Of a stretch of 64,000 nucleotides of DNA, positions 40,973 to 51,311 are shown one piece after another. The first letter of the stretch is position 1. The number at the start of each line of letters is the position of its first letter. The translations under genes were made by a program, and so were the position numbers. Source of the DNA: Heptranchias perlo (Eukaryota); contig NC_090365.1 in NCBI RefSeq assembly GCF_035084215.1, positions 6,202,001-6,266,000 on the forward strand, in the 5' to 3' direction. The notes beneath the pieces were generated by a model that searched no databases, had not been told where the DNA came from, and was given only the letters and a program-made list of their open reading frames with translations.

Positions 40973-41610
40973 GGATGTCAGCCGTGGCTCAGTGGTAGTA
41001 GCACTCTCGCCTCTGATGGTTGTGAGTTCAAGGCCCATTCCAGAGACTCGACCAAAAATCTAGATTGACACTCCAGTGCAGTACTGAGAGAGTGCTACAC
41101 TGTCGGAGGTGCCGTCCTTCAGGTGAGATGTTAAATCGAGACCATGTCGGCTCCCTCAGGTGGACGTAATAGATCCCACGGCACTATTCAAAGAGCAGGG
41201 TTTTACAAATTGTATAGCCGGGTGAAGAATAGAATACTTGAGCCTGGTCTTCAGTTGCTTGCAAGCCTTTAATCAGAGATCAACACTAACCACACTCTAG
41301 ATAAGCTCTCATATAAATGGATATGAGTGTCCCAATTGATACACACCACCTGAATATAATTAACACTAATTGATCTAAATCACACGGATACAATTAACAC
41401 AGGGGCATTCACCCCAGTGTCTTGGCTAATATTTATCCCTCAACCAAACATCACTAAAACAGATCACATTGCTGTTTGTGGGACCTTGCTGTGAGCAAAT
41501 TGGCTGCCGTGTTTTTTACATTACAACAGTAACTACACTTCAAAAGTACTTAATTGGCTGCAAAGTGCTTTGGGACATCCTGAGGTGCTATATAAATAAA
41601 AATCTTCCTT
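40973..41610 (+). mobile_element. Full-length DeuSINE interrupted by a 200-bp insertion
   Basis: Colinear with 36270-36722 except for 41200-41399. Confidence 0.75.
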
Positions 41611-43894
41611 TCCTCTTCTTTCTATAGCACGTAAAACTGAAGCAACTTAATTAGGCCACTGCTAGTTATACACCTGGCATAGAAAGCAAAGGAATGCAAG
41701 ACCACTGAGGTTCACTGCAGTTGGGGAAAAAAATTAGAAGCTTGTTAACCTATCCAGGATAAGGGTGAGGCAAATTCTGCTCCGAGGAAGCCTACAATAG
41801 GGACACTTGTAGAAATGTCAACATGATTTTTGGACACTTGGGGAAAAAAAGTGTTGCTAATCAAGTATGTATGGTCCAATTTTTGCATGATCTGATTTTT
41901 GCATGCGTATTTATAATTACAAACATCACATTGTTTAAAAAATTAAAGGCACTCAAACTGGCATGGTCTGGAGCAGTAGGATTTGAATTTGCACCCACAA
42001 TTCCCTTTATAACAAATTCCTCATTGCATCTAAGACATCACTGGGGGCAACTAAGCAGAGAGCTTAGCAAGAGTAGGAAGAAAAAAAGTGCTTTTGTACG
42101 TGCATGCATGTGTTGGAGAAGGAGGGCAGCAAGTACCATAGGATTTGGGATACCTGCAAGACAATTCCAGAAAATGAGAACAATTCACCCTCTTACATCA
42201 TTAACTTACAAGGAATAACAAACTGCACCTACAAAAATACTCTATATAAATAGGTACCAACAGTGTGGATACTGTTCCCAGCACATTCCCATTAACTTTG
42301 GCAACAAATTGGGAGCTGGAAAGTGGCCACTGGAATAGCTGAGTTGACACAAACTTTGGGAATATACACTGGAGATATTAGGCTTGCTACATCAGTTTTT
42401 CAGCTCCCTCTTATGCAATGAACTCCCCTGAACGCACACAGTACTGCCAATTGATACAGTCAGAAACACTTCCAAGAAAAAAAAACTCCCCACCCCAGCT
42501 CACGCCCCCAGCCCCATCTGGAGCAGATATTAAGCCAAGAACTAACTTCCATCAGTGTATGACATCATTCCCTCAGCAACCTACATCTGGCATTTATTAG
42601 TATTCGAAGAGCACTCAGTGCTGGCACACACTGGATACAGACGAGGAATTTGCACAAAATCACACTGCAGATCACTTGACCACAGTGTTGCCTCGAAAGG
42701 AAGCAGAACTTTTGCTGATCAGAGACCTTACTGTAAAGAGAAAGTATCCTGTTTTATTTCAGAGTATATTTTACTGTGATTAGGGCTTCCACTTAGATTT
42801 TGAAATACATTGAAAGAAATAATCACACAATGGTTCAGCTGGTTAAGGTGAGAAGCTGAGCTATAAAAGACCAGAAGATTCAAAGTTCCATCCCTGGTCT
42901 GTGCCAAGTCACTGGTCATAATCGGAGTACTGTGCTATAATTGGCTTCACTGTCCAAGGGAGGCAGTGGGGGTAGAAGTCCAGGTTCTTACTCCTCTTCA
43001 CCACCCTCCTGGAAAGAACGACGCATAAAAACTGGATTAGGTTCAGCCATGAGGTGCTCCCGCAGACAAACAGCCTGCCAACACTTACTTTAAAGGGTAA
43101 TGCATGAAGCAGGGCAACTTGGGCAAGATATTAGAGGGTATCTGGTACCCGTGGAACAGTACCTTCAGGGAGGAGGGATGAATTTGGAGAAGAAGAACAG
43201 ACAGACCATGGTGTGGTTTCCAATGCAAGCTCCTGATTTCAATCATCTGAGGAGAGGGACTGTCTGAAACTACACTGGCATATTTCCTACTGGCCAATTT
43301 GTTTGGACAGCTACATCGTTCCAAAGCAAGCACTCCACCACAGCCGGAAGAAAAAGTACAAAAACACCTTTAAAACAAAATGTCAAAGCATGCAACATTC
43401 CCGTTTCATGGGCCATGGTGGCACACTGCTCTGCAAAATATCTAATTTCAAAACTGAACATCTTTGTGAGTTGAGCAGAAAGCTCTAAAACCATACAGCG
43501 GCTGCAATAACTAGCTGTCTCCATGCAGACCTCCCTATGCTGCAATCAGTGTGACAAAATCTATTGACCCTGCTTTGGATTCATCGGTCACCAACAATTC
43601 TGCATCAGGAGCTTCTAATGATCCATGCAACTACGTGAAGGACAGCTGTATAAAAAGACAAGTCAACAATGGCAGGGACCTGGAAGGATGCTGTCCACCT
43701 TCCCTCTCAACTAACAAGCAGTGATAGGTGGAGAAAAGTTATAGTAAGAAATGCTCAAACATTTCTACACAGACGCCTGCCTTGCAAGCATTAATATTAC
43801 AAAGAAAACACCAACAACTTTGGTCTCAGCCTAAATGATAAATCACTTCCATACAAGTGCATAGCGTACAACACTTGTTACTTAAATGGTCCCT

Positions 43895-44240
43895 ATAGGC
43901 TGCTGCCTTGATGGTTCAATGGGTAATAGCACCATACAACATGGTACTGAACCACACAGATAGGAAGGTTGCAGGTTAAATCCCTGGTCTGTGCCAAGTT
44001 AGCTGATCTCAGTGGGGAAATTAGTGGGAAGCACTACAAATGACTTCAGTGTCCTTGGGCTACGAAGAAAGAAAGTTCCCACTTCTAATCCAGCAAACCC
44101 TGTTAGGAAATGCTGACGTGGACATCAGGTGATTAGTCACTTGGGTAAGATAAGTGGGTATCAGTTGAATAGTCACTTGGAGGGCCATTGCCATCGTGAG
44201 CTGTACCCAAGAAGTCATTGTCTTCAGGAGAGAAGAGGGT
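43895..44240 (+). mobile_element. LF-SINE-like element (representative of more than 20 decayed copies)
   Basis: ggttaaatccctggtctgtgccaagttagctgatctcag...ctacaa...cttcaggagagaagaggg resembles the recalled LF-SINE consensus. Related copies at about 340, 1140, 18500, 31770, 38700, 42830, 47860 and 48650. Confidence 0.7.
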
Positions 44241-46295
44241 GTACTGATAGTGAAACTCTCTCTTACTGAAGGACAAGTCACCCATCCCATTAGCTACAAA
44301 AAAGAAATCAAGACTTTATTTGCAATTATTAAAATATCTAAATCATCACTGGATACTTGCTAATCGTGGACCATTAAACCAGGTAAAAGTATTTTCCCAC
44401 CCTTAGACTGGCAAGACTATTACACTGCAGGGCTGGTGGATCAAGTGGCTGCAAGCACAGGTGTATAGAAACACAGGCACTGCAATACCAATGGATAGGG
44501 AGCACCAATCACCAGTAACGTAATATAAACTTCCACTCCAGCCTGACTGCACAAGTAAAACAATATGCTGCACTATGCCCCACTGACTGGTGGAATATGG
44601 TTTCCATGTCTGTGACTCTATACACATGACATTCCCCACCGTGCTTCCGATTAGGGAAAACCGTTAAGTGGAGGTCAGCCAAATTCCCCAGAAAAGTAAA
44701 TATTCCAAGACGTCACCTTGCTGAAATCCTACAAATTCATCACAGAACGCCATTTACAATAATGAGAGACGGCTGTCTGCAAGGCGCAGTTACGGTTGCA
44801 CCTTTGTCGCGGGTCTTATATTTTTCCACACTCTTCCGGCAATTTTCATTCTTCTTTGATTCCATCTAACTATCCTTGGACAGAGGTCAGATAGGCTGCT
44901 TCTACTGCATACCAACTCTGAACGGATTTGAAGTGATTGGTTAGGGCTCATTTATCATTTGGTTCCACTCAGAATTTGTACAACATTACAACAGTGACTA
45001 CACTTCAAAAGTACTTCATTGACTGTAAAACGCTTTGGGATGTCGCGAGGTTGTGAAAGGTATTATACAAGTGTGAGTCTTTCTTTCTTATTAAGTACTG
45101 AAATTAATATGAATTACAAATCCTCAGCTGAGTGCTACAAATGGGATGCTCTCAGCACCCAAATTCCTATCAATAGATTCAACACAAAAAAAATTAAAGC
45201 AGCTGATCACTTGGATTTCACAAGTTGAACACTTCTTGTTTGTAGTCCTTCGTTGGGACTTTGTGATTCACAGATAAGTGAACTGAAGCAGGAACACTGG
45301 CCTATTAGTGTAGCACCCTAAATCCTGCCCAATGTACGGTGAGGGAGCCACATGAATGTACATTGTTCTCATCCTTGCTTCACCCATCTACTCAGAAATG
45401 CTGCCCACCCATCAACACCGCTTAAACAACTCGAAAGGAGACTAAATTGTAGAGGGCACAGATCCCTTTCCAGGCCAGTTCCTCCTCCCTCCCTTCCAGG
45501 TGGTGAGGTGAAGAATGAAAATTTCTCCCCCTCCCCTGCCCCCAGGTGTTGACTTTACATTTTTCAATTTGGAAGAAAGCAGAGCCTGTCCATCAGATCA
45601 AAATGAAGGTTGTAGTGCAAGCCTACATGCATCAGAAGTTCCTGATCTGTAGTAAAAGGAATAATAAAAAGACACACTTGCCTATCAAAAGATATTAATT
45701 TTCCATGCTATGGCCAAGCATTTCCCACAGATTAAGAAAGGGCGAAAGAGAAGGGTGCGTTTGAGATTACATATATGCTAGCATGCACATATACACAAAC
45801 AGGAGAGTTGCCCTCCAACTCCTCTCTCGATTGACGCTTAACGCATCTTCTAGCAGCCCATAAAGTGCAGAACTAGCGAACGCTTGCATGGAGGCTGGCC
45901 ACCCAGTTGGCATCAGCAACAATGCACTAAGCAGGGAATGATAACATCACTGGAGGCTCCACTCTAGGAACGTGCACATGTGCTAGGACGGGATCAGGCT
46001 TGGTTGTGTTATACTCCCATAGTCAAACAGCCCAACATTCACCATCAATGCTGACACAAAGAATGGTCACTTCGATGAGGTACTAGAGAGCTGCTGGTGC
46101 TCATGAAACTGCACCTCTTCAAAAAGGGAGAAGCATCAAAAGAAAATTGAAAGTAAAAGGGATACGGCTCACACAACTGAATTCCTAATCTCTGCTGTGC
46201 TCCTGTGAAGGAGGAACAGAAAACAAGGTGGACACATGTCTTCGCTGGGCTGCTCTTGCATGCTTCCTGGCAGCAAAAAATTAGGGAAAAAAACA

Positions 46296-46660
46296 AAAAT
46301 ACCACAGATATGGAAATCTGAAACAAACAGAAAGATGCTGTAAACACACAGCAGCTCAGTCAGTATCTGTGGAGACAAACAGATAAGTTAATGTCAAAAG
46401 CAAAATACTGCAGAAGCTGGAAATCTGAAATAAAAACAGAAAATGCTGGAAAAGCTCAGCAAGAGGCAGCATCCGTGGAGAAAGAAACAGAGTTAACATT
46501 TCAGGTCGAAGACCTTTCATCAGACAAGTTAATGTTTCGGGTGTGAATTCTTCTTCAAACCAGAAGGTTCCACACCCAAATCATTTACTGGTCTGTCCAC
46601 TCCACAGATGCTGACTGACCTGTTGTAGTTCCAGCATTTTCTGTTTTTGTTTTAAACAGA
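46296..46660. mobile_element. Nested Penelope-like terminal-repeat elements
   Basis: An outer inverted-repeat element (aaacagaaagatgctg ... cagcattttctgttttt) carries an inner copy at 46395-46521, flanked by AGA(T/C)AAGTTAATGT. Confidence 0.6.
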
Positions 46661-47859
46661 TATTAGTTAGTGGTGGCCTGACAGCAAGCTGCCCACCCCT
46701 CCCCCTCAACTACACAAGGTTTATGGCAAAAAATAAATTAATAAACAGAGTAACATACAGCATATGAGGGGAAGTACTGAGTGGGCTACCCCAGGGGTTA
46801 GTGCTAAGGCCACATGTGCTCCCAAAATGTTACTTTCGGAGACTGCAAGACAAAAAGGCATAGGTTCAGGGTAGCGAAGGGAAAATTTAAAACAGATATC
46901 AGGTATTGCTTTGCATTGCGGGTGACTAACACAGCTGGAATGGGTTCAGGCGAAGGCACTGGATTCAATTCAGATGCTATAATGGGAAGATGATAGCGCT
47001 GGTATGCCAGAAGCACAAGATCAAATGGGATGTGTGCCTTCTTCATCCAAACCCACTTCAAAATAAATTATTGAAGACCCTAATTAGAAAAGGCAATTTC
47101 CCCAACTGTCCCATTGTATCCTCCCTGCCTGCACACCTGGATTATTGACTATGGCAGAGGGCAACCATGATCAATCCCACACTGTCAATGCTACCGCTCA
47201 ACCTCTACCAGGTGCCCAGTCTGTTGAGCTGGGAATTCTTGCTGGGGTACAGTTCGCTGGTACAAACAACTTTCTGGAACCTCGCCTAAGATCCAGCCAA
47301 GAGAGTCAGGGCCACGAGACCGTTCAACCCTTCAGGACCAACCCCATTCCTGTTTCTGTACACACTTTGTAGCGAGGACTCCTGCTTAGCGATCAGGAGC
47401 AGAAACCTTGACTTATTTTTCCCCCCCTTCTACAGTGCGGTGGCATTCAGTCCAACTTTAGTACCCCACTACTATCAACTAACTCAGCACAGACCAGGAA
47501 TAAAACCAGTGATCTTCAGGTCTGCATAGCCTAGTATGTGACACACGAGCACTGCAGGGTTCAGTCATTGGTACCCCACTCCACTCATACTTATTTATAA
47601 CCCAATCAAGGATCAGATGATACTGAAAACTATTCCAGCTTCAAGATACCTTGAATCCAGGAACTGTCACTGGATATGCAACCAGCAGCAGGATCTCTGG
47701 TTGTTTTCCTTCTCCTAATCCAAGGAATTCTGCAGTCATGCGATATTGAAAATATTTTCAAGCCTTCCTTTAAATACCTTTTCACCTACATATAACTCAG
47801 AATAACTTCCGTTTTCCCTACAGCATGACTGATGTGTACCACAAAACACAAGTCAGGTC

Positions 47860-48265
47860 AGCTGCTACGGCACTGCCCTGTTGTGCAGCTGAGTCATACA
47901 AAGCTAGAATGTCCAAGGTTTGATTGCCTGTCTTAGTGTTAGCTGATCTCAACGGGGGCGACAATAAGGATGCTACTGCTAACTTTGATTCCCCAGCTTG
48001 GGGGGGGGGGGGGGGGGGGGGGGTGTCTGGCTGAGAGGAGAAGAAATCAGCCAGAGTACTGCTGCTCATCACGATCAAGGAGGTCCCATTCTGAAAAGTG
48101 GCGTATAGTCAAAATCAGGCTCATCCACGATACCCACAACAATGGAACAGCCTGAAGTGTCAGTTCATGCTTGAAGAATGGCCACTCGGGTGCGAGGTAC
48201 CAATGGTGTCTGGCACCTAAATAACGAACTGGACCCCAGAATGTCAGGAGAAACAGGAAGAAAGT
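47860..48265 (+). mobile_element. LF-SINE-like element with an expanded G homopolymer
   Basis: gtgttagctgatctc...aaatcagccagag...tgaagaatggccactcgggtgcgaggtacc; a run of about 25 G at 48000-48024. Confidence 0.65.
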
Positions 48266-49181
48266 TGGAAAGGGGAGGTTGGGGGGGGGGGGGGGGGGGA
48301 GGGGCCACAAAACTACAAGTTTTTTTTACATCACAGGCTGCTCATGTTTTCACTAAGTTTATGACATCAGAAACTTTTGATTCCATTGCTGCCTTCAATC
48401 TCACAGCTCGCCATACATTATTCTGCATGTACTGAAAAAAGGCCATTTAATTTTAATAATTTCACATTAACCAATGAAAACACATGCAAAAATAGTAACC
48501 ATTTTTTCATTTTGCAATTCGATGTGCCACTATCGCCCAGATCCGATTTTACTTTGAATATCCAGAGATACCCTGAGTGCTTTTACTTCATAAACAATCA
48601 GAAGCACAGCAACATACCTGTACTGTCAGGAGGATCATTTTTAAATATTAGCTGATTCCCCAGTCCATGCAGAGTTAACTAATCTTAGGTGGGATGGTGG
48701 GAGAGGAGTGTTAAAATTCACTTCGGTGTCCCTGGGTTAGGATAAGGAAAACAGCCAGAGATCCTGCTGATCACATATCCAGTGACAGTGCCTGGGAAGT
48801 GCATGTATGTGGATTTTGGGCAATGACAGGATCAGGCTCAACCATGATACCTCATACAGTTGAATAGCTGATGGATAATCACTGTCAAGGCTCACGTGAA
48901 AAATGGCCACTTGGGTGAAGCCAGAAATAGCATCTGCAAGCAGAATTTATTAAGTGCAGTGAATATACTGATCAATAAATTATTTTTAAAAAAACATTCT
49001 AAATTTAAAAAAAGTAATCTCACCTTAATATATTTTGAATACATTATCTCTTCTATTACTAAATTAAAAAGTTCCCTCCGACACTTTGGCTCAAACCCAA
49101 GCCAGACTCAATGAAAGTTTCCTCTTGTCTGTGACAATCCTACGTCAAGCGAGCGCTCGCAGCAGTCATGGACACTCAGCA

Positions 49182-49259
49182 CAAACTACCCCTTAACCTG
49201 GCAACCTCACGAGCAATGGGCACATTGCTCGTGAGGTTGCCAGGTTAAGGGGTAGTTTG
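49182..49259. repeat. Perfect inverted repeat, 37-bp arms, 4-nt centre
   Basis: CAAACTACCCCTTAACCTGGCAACCTCACGAGCAATG-ggca-CATTGCTCGTGAGGTTGCCAGGTTAAGGGGTAGTTTG. Confidence 0.93.
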
Positions 49260-50741
49260 AGTGGTGGTGCAGTAAATAGAAAATGACAGACTAGTGAAGC
49301 AGAAGCTGCTCTGCAAGATTAAAGGTACGTTGTTCATGCAGAAGAGGGAGATTTACTGTACACCTTGACCTGGAATTGCTTGATGCTGACACTTGATGCC
49401 CAAAATGGGAAAGCCTGGCATCAGCAGTGTTGTCATCCCTTACCAAAATTCACTTCATTTAAAGTCAATAAATATTCCAGAAACATTACAATGCCATGAT
49501 GTATTTCCTACAATCACGAACCGAAACGTCAAACGTAATTGGCAAACAGCCTTCAGGTGGAAGGAAATTGTTCTCACGATCGTCTGCTAATTCACATCAG
49601 CAGGTAATAGTGGGCGAGAGCAACAGGCAACCCACAGGCCGCACAGTTAGCCAACCACAAAAAAAGAAGTATTTTTCTATTAATAAATTTAGCCCACACA
49701 ATTCCTTTTTAAAAAGGTGCACCGATCATAGCTTTAAGTCTTCCTTTACCGTTCCCGTCAAAAAAGGCATAATGTTCAAAAATGTCCCATACAAAAGTCA
49801 ATAGTTCACCATACTGAACTCCTCATTCGTACAACATTTTGGCTATACATACAATTTATTTTTTAGATTAGATGATAATTATATCTTACTGAACTCTAAA
49901 ACCATTCCTGACACAATGCATTGATATTTATAACTTTTTATGTATACATAGGTGCAATATTGAGATTATAAATATAAGATCAGCTTTTAAGCTACAAAAT
50001 AATCTCAAACTGGTGCTAGACAGGAATTGTCAAATAGGTCATCTAGATCGTGCAATCTTTCATTATACTTACTAAAAATGTCCTGATGTTGCATGGAGTC
50101 TATTTTACAGTAATTTGCCCATTCAGTAACTGTGATCCTCCCTTTCAACATGTTTTCACACATGGGGGCTCAGCTCAGAGAAAACAACCTCCATTAAATT
50201 AAACCCTCACATTTGAGAAAACCCAGCGAGAGAGAGAGAGAGAGAAAGAAAAAATCAACTGAAATATCTCAGGGTCTTGAGATATTTGAAAATATAGATT
50301 TTGTTCTTAAAAAATGAAAAGGGAAGCAGAATGAAAGCATTGAGCAGAGAGAGAGAGAGGAGGGAAGGAGCAAATCTACATACCAATGCTGTGTGCTCAG
50401 CTTTTCCATGAGGAATCAGGATGTTTCCTGGAGCTGGGGAGGGTATTTTTTTTTTGGGTGGTTGTTGTTGGGATAAATTATAAATTGTGAAGCAGCAGAA
50501 GCTCAGGCTTCTCCTCAGACCCCACTTGACGTGAAGTGGTTTATGGTTTAATCCCCTCCTCCTCCTCCTCCTCTTCTTCCTCCTCCTCTCTCTTTCTCCC
50601 TCCCTCCTTCCCTCAGCACCAAACTCTCAACCACACAGCACAGAAATGGCGAACACCTCAGGCTCCCCTTCCCCCCCTCCCTCCCTCAACTTTCTCTCCC
50701 TCCCTCCTTCTCCGGGCAGCCATCGCCCACAGTGTACTCAC

Positions 50742-51060
50742 CCCGCCGCCGCCATGGAGCTTCGCACACTCACTCACTCACTCAGGTGATGGTCGAGGCC
50801 TAATTCTCCCCCTCCTCCTCCCTCCACACGTTTCTTCAAAGAAAAAAAATAAATGTCATCCAATCGATCCGGCTCCAGTCCCAATCGACAGCTCGTACCC
50901 GACATTCAGTCAAGAATATCGATTATTTACCCGTCCGGCGTCGAATTTTCTCGATTTTTCTCACCTGGGGGGGGGGGGGAGGGGGGAGGGGATTTCGACA
51001 AATGCCCCGCAACAGGGGGGAGGGGGGGGAAACTGGCCAAAGAAAGTCGAGCCTAAGTAA
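50742..51060 (-). other. SAMD4B: Probable non-coding first exon of SAMD4B (5' boundary approximate)
   Basis: CpG-enriched unique sequence ending in GGCGGCGGG|GTGAGT (donor 50736-50741), directly downstream of CCAAT and ZNF143-type motifs. Confidence 0.55.
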
Positions 51061-51275
51061 CTTGATGAGCCCTTAGTCGCCCGCTTATTGGCTCCGTGCC
51101 GCTGGTCCCGCATAGTTCCGAATACGATTGGTTGGCATCCCTGTCAATCAACAGCGCCCATCAACACGTTAGGTTGTAGTTGCACTGGCATGGGAGAGAC
51201 CGGAAATGACACCATGGCAGACAGGAAATAGAGGGTGATTTGTCGCAAGGGACGCTGGGAGTTGTAGTTCTTTGG
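51061..51275 (-). promoter_or_regulatory. Housekeeping-type promoter of SAMD4B
   Basis: Minus-strand CCAAT boxes at 51087-51091 and 51127-51131, TGATTGACAG (PBX/PKNOX-type) at 51141-51150, and GAACTACAACTCCCAGC (ZNF143-associated ACTACAAnTCCC motif) at 51254-51270. Confidence 0.6.
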
Positions 51276-51311
51276 TGCTCAGAGCCCTCAATGCAGCAAC
51301 AACAACCACCA

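Noticed and set aside
50536..51060. 174-aa Ser/Pro-rich plus-strand ORF
   Set aside because: Low-complexity translation of (TCC)n and CT-rich sequence antisense to the first exon and intron.
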